From assembly GCF_001194135.2 (NCBI RefSeq), contig NC_068987.1, positions 96,651,082 through 96,715,081 of the forward strand: a stretch of 64,000 nucleotides of DNA, given 5' to 3'. The notes under the pieces are model-generated. The model ran no database searches. It saw only the letters and a list, made by a program, of their open reading frames with translations, and had not been told where the DNA came from. This DNA is from Octopus bimaculoides (lineage: Eukaryota). How positions within the stretch are numbered: the first letter of the stretch is position 1; each line of letters starts with the position of its first letter. The translations under genes and the position numbers were made by a program. Shown one piece after another: positions 51,656 through 63,772 of the stretch.

Positions 51656-52844
51656 ATATATCAGCCTGTCTAGATATGCATAAAAAAACATACATAAAAC
51701 AAAACCTACAAATCTGCATGTATACATACAGGCATGCATACAAAAATACCCTGTTGTTGATGTTGAAATCCCAATGAAGAAGCCTTGGACCTAGGTTAGA
51801 AACCAACTCTTTCTCTGTTGGCAAGAAATCTTGAAATAAAACTGAACAATGACACACACACACACACACACGTCTACCCACCCATCTGATTGTCTGTCTG
51901 CTTGTATGACTTCCTGTCCATGGTTGAATTAACAAGCTTGTCAGCAGCTGCCTGTATTTTGCAAGCCTTCCTTCTCCACTTCACCCTCTGTATATATACA
52001 AATCTTATATGCATCCCATATAACCTATATACTATAAGAGTACATACCATACTGTGATATAGAAATACAAATAAGGTAGATGTGTTTGTCATATGAGATC
52101 ATTACAAAATAAATAGCTATCAAACCGAATTGTAGTAGCTAATTTAATTTACTATTTTTCATTCAGATGTAGTGTTTAGAAATATATTATCCAATATGTC
52201 CATTATCTTAAGAGATTTGGCTGCTATATCTAACAGGTCATGTAGCCTTGTACAGGCTCACCTATTGACTTGTAACTGATGTAGTTATTTTTTGGTCCCA
52301 GGTGACTTATTCTGAATAAACGTTATTAAATACATTACAGTCTAGGGTGGTGGGCTAGTGGAAATTCTAAGGTATCAAAAGGGGTACCTTCCTGTATTTC
52401 TTCTAGTTCTTTGTGTTCCAAGTTCAAATCTTGCTTTAATCTACCTGGGTTGTAAATGCAATCCATTGCCTGTTTTAACACCACGACATGGTCCTTGGGC
52501 AACAATTGGTAATCAAACCTAAAATATAAGACTTCTTTGTAAATACTTATCTTCTATCTTGTTTCAGTAGTTGGACTGCAGCCACACTGGGGCACTGCTT
52601 TGTCGTGTTTTAGTTGAACAGATAAACTTCAGTGCTTATTTTTAAGTTTGATGCTTATTCTATTGGTCTCTTTTGCCAATCTACTAAGTTATGAGGTTGT
52701 AAACAAACCAACACTGATTGCCAAGTGGGCGGGGTGGGAAACACATGTACAAAGACACACACACACACACACATGCATATGATAGTGGGCACAGGAATCT
52801 TGGTTGACCATGGCACAGATATAAGGATAAGCTGAAGAGTAACC

Positions 52845-53095
52845 TCTCAGCAGTGAAGATAGCTCATGACACGTTTGAGTGAACAAAATGGAGATTGTCG
52901 CGTCAAAATGGTATCAGAAACTTTGTTGCAAACAGTATTAACGGGCTTAGGAGTGCAAGCCAAAGGAGAAAAGTGGGTGAAAATATACCACCTGCACTGA
53001 CCTGTAATCTTTATACTTGCAGCATCTGTAGCCTTCTTTGCAAATCGTTGGTGTGACTTAAATGCCGTATTTAACATAAGCATTGCGACTGACAA
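52845..53095 (+). mobile_element. BovB-like RTE C-terminal remnant with C2H2-type knuckle
   Basis: ..WR...QNGIRNF..RRK..YTCSICSLLCKSLV*LKCRI*HKH. Confidence 0.55.
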
Positions 53096-53386
53096 TGAAA
53101 GAGGAGGTTGTCAGATCCTCGTATGTCGAAACCGATGGGAGAGTTCATCATATATACATATATATATGTATATATGAAAGATTGTATGATGCATGTATAT
53201 GGACAGCAATTCTACATGGTAGTGAGATATGGGCCCTGAATGCAGAGGTTTTAGAGGCTGTTGGACCAACTTGAAAATTTCGCGTGAGGTAGACCAAGGA
53301 AAAGGTGGAGAAAGAGATTGGGAGGGTTTTACTTTGTGTCTTCTTGCGTTCTGAGTTCAATTTTCACAGTAATCACCTTTATTTAT

Positions 53387-53802
53387 AGGCAAAGGAGTGG
53401 CTGTGTGGTAAGTAGCTTGCTTACGAACCACATGGTTCTGGGTTCAGTCCCACTGCTTGGCACCTTGGGCAAGTGTCTTCTACTATAGCCTCGGGCCGAC
53501 CAAAGCCTTGTGAGTGGATTTGGTAGACAGAAACTGAAAGAAGCCCGTCGTATATATGTATATATATATATGTGTGTGTGTATATGTTTGTGTGTCTGTG
53601 TTTGTCCCCCCAACATCGCTTGAGAACCGATGCTGTGTGTTTACGTCCCCATAACTTAGCGGTTCGGCTAAAGAGACCGATAGCATAAGTACTAGACTTA
53701 CAAAGAATAAGTCCTGGTGTCAATTTCTTCGGCTAAAACTCTTTAAGGCAGTGCTCTAGCATGGCCACAATCAACTGACTGAAACAAGTAAAAGAATAAA
53801 AG
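53387..53802 (+). mobile_element. Full-length young SINE family A
   Basis: Near-consensus copy. Confidence 0.92.
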
Positions 53803-53809
53803 ATGTGCA

Positions 53810-54057
53810 GTGGCACGTAAAATACACCATTTCGAGTGTAGCCGTTGCCAGGATCCTCTGACTGGCCTTTGTGCCGGTGGCACGTAAAAGCACCCACTAC
53901 ACTCCCTGAGTGGTTGGCGTTAGGAAGGGCATCCAGCTTTAGAAACTCTGCCAAATCAGATTGGAGCCTGGTGTAGCCATCTGGTTTTCACCAGTCCTCA
54001 GTCAAATCGTCCAACCCATGCTAGCATGGAAAGCAGACGTTAAATGATGATGATGAT
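53810..54057 (+). mobile_element. RTE 3'-tail family B copy
   Basis: Two subrepeats, tail and (GAT)n. Confidence 0.88.
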
Positions 54058-54233
54058 ATGCTTAAGAAATGTGTGCTTATATGATACATATGTATGATAA
54101 TATGCTTTTCTGTGCAAGCTTGTGTAGTCTACAAACTAGAATCACTGCTTTCCATTCTAGACAATCAAAACGTATAAAAGTACAAGGATTGACTCTAGTT
54201 ATTTATGTCATGCACCCTTCCACCCCCACCCTC

Positions 54234-54236
<3 letters not shown>

Positions 54237-54318
<82 letters not shown>
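54237..54318. repeat. (CA)n microsatellite
   Basis: Direct reading. Confidence 0.98.
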
Positions 54319-54319
<1 letters not shown>

Positions 54320-54603
54320 TCATTGCCTGCATTTCATTTAGCAGCAGATGTTACTAGTGCACTTTTATGCCTATATTGATGTTGAGGTGGAGACTTGTGA
54401 AAGAAAGTTTTCCTCTTAGTAATAGTTACTGCATAGTTTGGGTTTGTTGCTGTTGTATTTTTCTTGTTTCTTCTCTGTATGGCTGTTCTTGTTATTGTTG
54501 TTGTTGCTCTCATTTACTTTCTCTCTCTCTCTCTTTGCTTCTTCTATACACATGTTCCACACTCAATCACTGTTTCTCTATATTTATGTATATGTGTCTG
54601 TAC

Positions 54604-54920
54604 CAGTGGTTCTTAATATGAGGGAGAGTTCTGAACTTATAGGGGCAGGAGTAAATTGTTAGAGGGATTGTTATGAGGTGGATACTGGCTGTTGAGAGTG
54701 TCAAGAAATAAAACATTTTAATGAGGACACTGCTTGTTTTTCAACATATTTTCAAAAAGATCTTTGTCAAGACTAAAATGTAAATAGGACATTGTATTAT
54801 CATAGAGTTGAAACATGATGGATGATGTATCATGGTCCAATATAAATTTCATCATATAAGTCCACACCTTCTTTAGTAATTTCCTCAAGAATTTTACAAA
54901 AGGAACACTAATCCGCACAA
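54604..54920. mobile_element. Possible hAT/Charlie-type end with decayed coding remnant
   Basis: CAGTGGTTCTTAA terminus at 54604; the adjacent minus-strand reading is protein-like but not identified. Confidence 0.3.
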
Positions 54921-55161
54921 ATATTTAAAGGGAGGTGCATGCTGGTTATGATAAGAAAATACAGATAACAATCTTCATTTTGACTTTTTTTTTTCGTTTT
55001 GTTTAGCAAAGCATATAGCAGCAGCATTTGTAAAATGCTATTCAATGAAAGTGGCTACAGAGGTATAAAAGCCTGAGAAACTCTGGTCTATATGCAAGTG
55101 TTCCTTTCATTTTGTGTTTATGTGCAATTATTATTGTGTATTTTTGTGTTCATAGATTATT

Positions 55162-55581
55162 TTTTTATTCTTTTACTTGTTTCAGTCATTTGACTGTAGC
55201 CATGCTGGGGTACCACCTTTAGTCGAGCAAATCGACCCCAGGACTTGTTCTTTGTAAGCCTAGTACTTATTCTATTTTTTTCTGAACTGTTAAGTTACGG
55301 GGACGTAAACACACCAGCATCGGTTGTCAAGCAATGTTGGGGTTGGTGGGGGGGTCATGTACAGACACACAAACATATGCACACACATACATACATACAC
55401 ATATATATATGTGTATATGCAACGGACTTCTTTCAGGTTCCGTCTACCAAATCCACTCTTAAGGCTTTTGGTCGGCCTGAGGCTATAATAGAAGACACTT
55501 GCCCAACGTGCCACACAGTGGGACTAAACCCAGAGCCATGTGGTTGGTAAGCAAGCTACTTACCACATAGCTGCTCCTGCA
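55162..55581 (-). mobile_element. Full-length SINE family A, inverted relative to 53387-53802
   Basis: Reverse complement of the family consensus. Confidence 0.92.
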
Positions 55582-56504
55582 TGGAAGTGATATAGACTAA
55601 GGAAGATCTGTAACAAACAACTTAAATGGGTAATAAATGATTTACAGTGATCTGTGTTGGCAGCATTTAGTAGAAGGGTTAAATAATTTCATTTTGTGTG
55701 CAGTGCGCAGAATCTAATTAGGTTTTGTCTTTCATCTGAAAGTAACAAAAAGAGGAAAATGTGGTGTCGTCATTTGGACTCTAGACAAGGCTACATTTTC
55801 TTCCTTTCCTCTGTCTTATATGAAAGGCAAAGCCTGAAAATTATACTCTACACTCTTCACTGCAAATAAACTTATCAAGCTCTCCTTTAGAAAGGTTTCT
55901 CAGGGAAGAACTCTTGATATCAAAGTAAAATAATGGCCACTTTGTGCTCCAATTTTATCTATACCAGCATGAAATCAAGAATAATTTCTCAGGTTGCTTC
56001 TTATGACTAAACTTTTTCAAAGGATAAGAATAGGTAAGTGAATTGGCTTCAATATATGGCTTTATATTCTGAGTTCAAATTCCACCGAGGTTGACTTTAC
56101 CTTTCATCCTTTCAGGGTTGATAAATTAAGTACCAGTTGTGTACTGGGGTCAATCTAATTGACTGCCCCCCCCTCCCTCAAAATTTCGGGCCTTGTGCCT
56201 AGAGTAGAAAAGAATATATGACTTTTGTTTATTTCATCAGCTTCCAGGGCATGAAAGAGAATACCAACTGTAGTAAGATTGGAACTCAGAAGATAAAGGC
56301 TTGTTACTAAATGTTACAACATTTTCTTTACTCTATAACTATCATTTTTGCCATTCCACCTCACTTATGGTTATAACCTCAATATATTATTATTATACTG
56401 CAACTTGACTAAATATGGTTTACAGTTATATAGTTTAACCTTTTTGATACCAATCTGCCTGAGATCACTCCTGGTTTTATGAAACAAACCCCCAATTTTT
56501 AAAG

Positions 56505-56999
56505 TGGAGGAATTTCAACCATGTTTCGTGGTCTGCTACCACAACAACTCCTTTATAGGATCCAGTTAGCTCAAGACATCATCAGGAGGAACCACGTCTG
56601 GTTTCGGCCCCTACTCCTCTACCGTTTTGACGTGACGGGGCCACCCCCTTTCGGAGGTGTCTTCAGCTCTGGTGTTGGGTGCATGTCTTCTTTCTTCTAT
56701 TCCCTGGCCTGNNNNNNNNNNNNNNNNNNNNNNNNNNNNNNNNNNNNNNNNNNNNNNNNNNNNNNNNNNNNNNNNNNNNNNNNNNNNNNNNNTGGAGGAA
56801 TTTCAACCATGTTTCGTGGTCTGCTACCACAACAACTCCTTTATAGGATCCAGTTAGCTCAAGACATCATCAGGAGGAACCACGTCTGGTTTCGGCCCCT
56901 ACTCCTCTACCGTTTTGACGTGACGGGGCCACCCCCTTTCGGAGGTGTCTTCAGCTCTGGTGTTGGGTGCATGTCTTCTTTCTTCTATTCCCTGGCCTG
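56505..56999 (-). ncRNA. 207-bp GC-rich unit with two hammerhead-like cores, present twice across an N-gap
   Basis: 56505-56711 is identical to 56793-56999. Minus strand: CUGAAGA (56666-56660)..GAAAC (56605-56601) and CUGAUGA (56585-56579)..GAAAC (56527-56523). Confidence 0.55.
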
Positions 57000-58034
57000 A
57001 TATAAATTAAAACCTGCCATCAGAATTTCTTGTTGATTTATGTTTGAAACACCACCTTAATAATGCCAACGACAAAGTTATTTTACTAAATTCTTCATTA
57101 TTTTCAAAAGTAATTGAAACAAACACAGTGTATTTTAACAGAAATATGGTAGTAAAAGGCATAAACATTAAACAATGAGAGATCAAACACACAATTTTCC
57201 TAAGTGACTAAAGTGTGGCTTGGGCTGAAGTCCAGTGTGTGAATATGTCACACTTATTCCTACTGTAAATGAACTTACTTTAAACATAACATGTGCTTTC
57301 TGTTTCAAGTGGGGTTTCACTTGATTTTAGTATTGTTATTGCTTTATCAGGCCTTAGTAACACATTTGAAAGTATGCAATAATATAAAAACATAATTTTG
57401 TGTGTGTGTGTGTGTGTGAGAGAGAGCGAGAGAGAAGGAATGCTTTTGCATTTATTAACAAACCAGATTATTGTTTCACAATAGAAAAAGTGGGTAAGTT
57501 GATATAACTTTTCTTTCACTTGTTTTGTTTTATTGATGAGCTGATCTCGGTGCTTGAAAATCTGTTTAAATAGAAAAGAGTGAAGTCTTTTAACCCAGTT
57601 TCCTTAGATGCAAAAAAATATAAAGTTTTCCTTTTTATGAATTGAATTTAGGTTAAGTGAACATGGTTGATGGTCTTGTTTTTTGTTTTGCTTTGGGTTT
57701 TTTGCCATGCATTGTTGAGTCATGAGACTCTCAACATCATCATCTCTCTCTTGTTTGCTCATGACATAGGAATTAGAAAATGTCAATTATGTAATGCCCA
57801 TCCTTTTAAAATTTAGCTTGAAATGGAGTTAAATTCAATACTGTCAAATATTATAATAAATAATAGTCAATTTTATAATGCTGCACTATGTGTTTGTGTA
57901 TTTCACGTTATAATCCTTTCTTTCATATATCATGTGATGTGACATTTTCAAGCTATTTTATTCATAGATGATTTAATATCCTTTCATTTCAACTTGGGGT
58001 GAATATTGCTAATGAGTCAGTCATATTGTGCACT

Positions 58035-58170
58035 TGATCTGAGATTAATAAAGCTAGCAAGTTGATCTTACAATTTCTTCATTTGATCTGGGATTAATAG
58101 GGCTAGTGAATTGATCATGTGTCCTGTTAACTTCATCTGGGATTAACAGAATTAATAAGTTGATTATATG
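58035..58170. repeat. Degenerate ~48-bp tandem repeat, 3 copies
   Basis: Recurring ttgatctg(a/g)gattaata..gctag..agttgatc. Confidence 0.6.
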
Positions 58171-59089
58171 TTTTGTACCTTCAAACATGGATTTGTTGTA
58201 ATCAATTGATCCCAGCTTATATTATCAGAACTTGAATCTTACAGAAATTTGAACTGGCTTTAGTTCCAGAACAATAACAATTTATTTTAATAGTGATACT
58301 ACTATCAATGGAAGCCGTGCGGTTGTCTTATTGCTTTGTACTCTTGAATTTAAAGGTTGATGGTTTGTATCTCCAACACCGTTCTTCTTTGGTCATAGTT
58401 AATACTCTTGACACTTGTTTTGTAATGTCTTCTTTATATTTTTACAGAAAAAGTGTGAAAGGAATTGTTATTAATATTATTGCAGTGAATTGACAGAATC
58501 CTAAGCACATTTAAAAATTGCATTGGGTTATTTGTTCCAGCTCTTTACATTCCAAGTTTAAATCTTGCTGTGGTCAACTTTATCTTTCATCCTTTCAGGG
58601 TTGATAAAATAAAAGACCATTAAAAGATTGGAGCTGATGGTATCAACTTCCCTTCTCAAAATTGCTGGCCTTGACAGAATTGTTAAAATGTTGGAGAAAT
58701 ATCTTATATTTGTTCCAGCATTTTGCATTCTGAGTTCAAATCCTGCTGAGGTCATCTTTGTTTTTTATCTTCCTGGATGATAGGGTCAATAAGATAACTA
58801 TTTTATCAACTAGGGTTGATAAAATAAAGTACTGATCAATAACTGGATATGATTGGATAATCCCCACCACTTAATTTCTGGCTTTGTCCCTCTATTAGAA
58901 ACTATTATTATTAGTTCTGTTACATCACCAAAGTTTAGGTCTTTGAATTCATATTCTTGATAATGTCTATTAATACCCTTTTAGACCTTAAAAAAAAACA
59001 AAAAAAGGACTGAGGTATTTTACAAACAAATTGTTTTTAATGTTAAAGTCTGGAAATGTTTTAACTCCTAAACATTATTGTTTTCACAT

Positions 59090-60137
59090 ACCTTTTGTTG
59101 GAATCAAAGGGCTTTAGAGTTGATTTAGCAAAGACCAAAGTCCTAATAAGTAGGAAAACAGACAAATCACAAATCCCTTCAGGGAGATGGCCCTGCTCAA
59201 TATGTAGAAAATGTATTGATAGAAACTCGATATGGTGTACCCATTGCAAGCTATGGGCACATGAGAGGTGCAACGATATCACTAGAAGATTAATAGAGAA
59301 AATAGTCTTTACATGTGGCAGATGTGCAGGTACATTAAACACTAAGAATGTACAGAAAGTAGACTTTCAGTACATTCTTAGTGGGGGGGGGGGCTTTAAA
59401 AGTAGTAGACAGTTTCTGTTACTTAGGTGACCAAGTTAGCAATGATGGAGGTTATTCCAAAAGCATGGCTGCTAGAATAAAAATGGGCTGGGAAAAGTTC
59501 AGAGAACTGCTACCTCTGTTAGTAACAAAAGACCTCTTTCTTTGTGCATGAACAGCTATGCTGCATGACTGTTAGACATAGACCGTGACTGCTGAAGACA
59601 TGGGAAGACTTGAAAGAAATGAAGCCAGCTGGGTGGGTAATAGTGTGCATATATAAGAGCGTATAAGTGTTTTGTGAGAAAAACTGGGTATGTGAGGCAT
59701 CAGATATAGTGTGCAAGAGAGAAGACTGCCAGTACAGTCATGTAATGCATATGGATGAGGACAGCTGCATAAAGAAGTGCCGATCTCTAATTGTGGAGGG
59801 AACGTGTGGAAAGGGTAAACCCAGAAAGATGTGATCTGAAATGGTGAGAAAGGATTTTCAGATGACAAGGGACCAAGGCTTCTGGTTGTTTGTTGTGCTT
59901 GAGAAGACATGTCAAGCTAAGTAAAATCATGGTTGTCCTTGCATACAGGCATGTCCCGCTACATCCTTCTGCAGCTGAGTGATCCTAACTTTTGTGGGCT
60001 CATGGGTGCTGGTGCCATGTAGAAACCATGCCAAAACAGATGTGGAGCCCAGGCAGCTCTTCAGCTGGCCAGTTCCTGTTAAACCATCCGATCCATGCCA
60101 GCATGGAAAACAGACATTAAATGATGATGATGATGAT
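59090..60137 (+). mobile_element. 5'-truncated RTE LINE with intact-looking PHD-type finger and (GAT)n tail
   Basis: ORF 59095-59430 (LESKGFRVDLAKTKVLIS..WPCSICRK..CTHCKLWAHERC..FTCGRC), then FCYLGDQVS, ARIKMGWEKFREL, GKGKPRK and the family B tail. Confidence 0.92.
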
Positions 60138-61004
60138 TTTCAAGTTAAAGTTGAGATTCAGTCTTGGATTTTTCCCTCATTTATATATCTACACAAAGCT
60201 CTTTTATTTAAAATTGTAAGTACAGATCTACTATTCACTTTTAGTTAATCTATTTCTGAAAATAAATAATTAACATCTCAATTTAATTGTTGAATGTACA
60301 AATCATTAGAATACTGTTTTGGCTCCTTAGAATTTTCTCAAAAAGATTAGTTGAAGTTTTACTAATTTAATTGTCAGAATAATAAAGAGATTTTGTAGTC
60401 ATATCTTAGCTGTAACATGTAAATTTAGTTAAAGCAAGTAAATATCATGTAGGATTCTAAACTATTTCAAACTTGCTGTAAATATATATGAAAGCATAAA
60501 TGTGACCAGTGAATATTGTCAAAGTGCTTACAGAATACATATGTATGCACTAAGGGAATGTGAGTTCAATATCCACTGAACTCTCACTGTTTGTTTAGTT
60601 TCATGTTCACTTTGTATATCTTTTTAGCTGACTGACTGGCTCTTGTGCCAGTGGCATGTAGAAAGCACCCACTACACTCTTGGAGTGGTTGGTGTTAGGA
60701 AGGGCATTGTAGAAACATTGCTAGATCAGATTGAAGCCTGGTGCGGCCTTCTGGCTTGCCAGTCTCCAGTCAAACTGTCCAACCTGTGCCAGCATGATGG
60801 TGATGATGTTGGTGTTTCCAATAACCCTTCTTTCTCACATATGGGCTATAAGTAAAACAATTACTGTACTTATTTTAGCTCCTTCTCCTATGAAGCATTG
60901 GCAATTGATAACTTTTCTTCACTGTTCTTGACTCTCCCAAGTCTTGTTGGTTTTGAATTTCATTGATGATTTTTTTTTTTAGGCAGGGTCATTGGCCTTA
61001 CACA

Positions 61005-61165
61005 AAAGCCTTTTTAGCTCTGGGAAGAGGTGGTCCCTAATAGTCTGGCCTCTATCCTGTGACCTTTCCTGCATGGGAGACCCTATCAGGAGCTTGCACT
61101 CCACTGGCATAGCTTTCGGGGTAATTAAGAGACACAAGCCCTTAGACTACAACAGAGATTAGAAG
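61005..61165 (+). mobile_element. RTE-type 5'-UTR-like fragment
   Basis: gacctttcctgcatgggagaccctatcaggagc..ctggcatagctttcgggg..cacaagccc resembles, from memory, RTE 5' leader sequence. Confidence 0.35.
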
Positions 61166-61834
61166 TAAAACAGTGGGTGGGTGAAATAGATTTGACTAGT
61201 CTGTCATGATGTTGATGATAACTGTGGTTGAGTTGATATGTTGGCACTGATGATGATGATGATGATCGACCTCCTTCAGTTTTTCGTAAATTTTAGGTTT
61301 TCTGACTTCTTCATTATCTGCTTTTCTTGCATTTTTTCTGCTGACAGTCTTGTAGACTTGACAAAGAAAAAGAATCCGAATTCAATAAAAAGTCTGGTCT
61401 TGATTGCATCATGTAACTGCTCTATTGTTACACTCAGTTACTGCTGGGTGGTACAATTTGGCAGCTGTCTTGATAGTGGTGGTGATAGTGGCAGTCCATT
61501 TTGGCAACTGTGATGGTGGTGGAAGGAAGCCTACTTCAAACCATTGAAGCTGAAATTAGGTTAAGCCATTCAAAATTGGCTAATTGATTGATTACTTACA
61601 TGATTTACTTTTTAGTTACCATGTGACATACTGGAAGTGATGGGGAGTATCAGGCAGCATAGGAAAGGGATTGGGATGTTATTGGAGGTTTTCATTATTA
61701 TGTAAAACATCCAGGGTAGGATGGCTGTCAGTTGTGGGATATATCGTGGGGCTGTGATGTGCTTTGTTATGATAATGGTGGTAGTAAATGTTCTCTGAAC
61801 TTAATGTTTCAACTATTTCACTTCCATGTTTAAG

Positions 61835-61919
61835 AAGTGACTCAATTAACAAAGTGACTCAATTAACAAAGTGACTCAATTAACAAAGTGACTTAATTAG
61901 CAAAGTGATTTAATTAGCA
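61835..61919. repeat. 17-bp tandem repeat x5; the first three copies contain TGACTCA
   Basis: aagtgactcaattaaca x3, aagtgacttaattagca, aagtgatttaattagca. Confidence 0.97.
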
Positions 61920-62063
61920 ATGAAGAACAGTTTTTTTCTTCTAATTACTTTGTTGAACTCAGCATTATAGAGTTCAGTTAGTCCATAGCGTACCTGGGTT
62001 TTCTATTTCTTTTTTACTTTGTGTATATTTTGCTATTGTTGATATTTTTCTTCTTCCTTCCAG

Positions 62064-62165
62064 ATAGAAATATAAAAATCTAAGTCAGCTCTTCCTGTCT
62101 ACTACATTCCGATTATCCAGCTTGTCAGTCTCTTTTACCTCTGTAGTTATGCTGCCTTTTCTGAG
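62064..62165 (+). other. Candidate 102-nt leader exon with ATG near its 3' end (MLPFL|)
   Basis: tttttcttcttccttccag acceptor and GAG|gtaagc donor; early stops in all frames; ATG at 62149. Confidence 0.4.
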
Positions 62166-63772
62166 GTAAGCCATCCCTTACACAGAATTGCAGCACAGTT
62201 TGTGGTAGTAGTTGTAGTAGTTTGGCTTTTTTCATTGCCTTCATTGTCCCAAATGCAACAGATCAAATTTGGTATTACCTATAATGATTCACTTTGTGTA
62301 ACAGTGTAAGAGGTTTGCAGTATCCAACAAGGAACCTTTTATATGGTTGTTTTATCTTCTAGAAGTAATAGCCAAATCGCCTTCAAATCACATCCTACCA
62401 TCTTTAAAAAATGAACACATTGGATGATGCAGTTTGGATTACACTATACTTGAAAGAAAAAAATAGGATGGGTTGGCTGCAGTGTTTTTGATCAAGGGCC
62501 TACTCAAATCAGGGCTAACTTGTGGCAAAACAACCACAATAATAACAACCACCACCACCTACTGTAACCCTCTCATCTTTCAGGTCTTGGCAGAACCCAA
62601 GAGATAGCAGTTCCTGACACATTGTATGACAAAACAGCAGTTGTGAAACTTTTAATTTATTTGTCATTCATTATGCTAATATCCAGTATTGTTAGACCTT
62701 TAGACAAAGTCATTTACATACTGAGTTTAAATCCTACCAATATTAACTTTGCTTTTCATCCTTCTGTGATCTAAAATAGAGTATCACTCAAGTACTGGAG
62801 GTTGATTTAATTGACTATACCCTCTCCCAAAATGTGTGACCTTGTGCATGTGTTAGAAATCAATAAAGAAAAACAATTAGGTAGTTAGGCCTGTATCTAT
62901 ATGAATTGCAGAATTACATTAGAAATATCTGACCTCACTTATGTAAACAAGGTGATTGCAAAGGCATCATGTTTGGTTATGATTTGACTACAAGAGTTGC
63001 AGAAGGGAAACTGGGGGGGGGGGTCAATCTGACAGTTTTAGTAGTTCCATTTTTGATTTTCTGTGAGGATTGATACTCTGAACCTCTGTTCAAGGTATTC
63101 ACTCACATGGCTGAGATGCTATTTTCTTATAGTTGGAGTATTCTTTTATTAGATTTAATCATGAGTATCATATATTATATCCAGCCCAGGATTTGATTTG
63201 TATTTATTTCATAATCATGGTAGGATGAAATGCTAAGTCAAGCTGAACAGGATTTTAACTGGGTAAAGGGACATAACCAGGTATATTGTGTGATTCTCTA
63301 TTTAGTGCACCAGCCACCACCCATATAGCCATGTATGTCAATGATGAAATAAGTGAACTAAAAGAGCATAGCATCCTGGGAGAGTAGAATTTTTCTAATA
63401 CCAAAGATGAAGTTGCATGTGTACAATTTGAACAAATAAGCACTCTCTTTATGATCTCCATTTAGCCAGTTTGAATGCTAAAGGATTGAAGGTGTTAGGT
63501 CAATGACCACAAAGTAATTGTGAATCTTACTGCAGCTGTTCTATTATACACTTAAACAAGATGCATAACCTGTAGGTATTTGATTGAACAACTAGGTGCA
63601 ACCCACAAATCTGTTGTTCTGTATATACATATAAGGTTGAGGAGGGTATTGGATTTAACCAAACCCGGGAGGATACAGGTAATACCGAGTAAGTGCTGTA
63701 TACCAATTAGTTTGCCCCAGTCGTTGTATGAACAGGATTGGGTATTATAAGTTGTGTATTAACGTGTGTATA

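Noticed and set aside
56521-56712. 63-aa plus-strand peptide MFRGLLPQQLLYRIQ...
   Set aside because: It is the antisense reading of the structured hammerhead-bearing unit, with no coding evidence.
61005-61165. HDV-like ribozyme in the RTE-type leader
   Set aside because: Such ribozymes are known in RTE 5' ends, but I could not build the nested double pseudoknot from this decayed copy.
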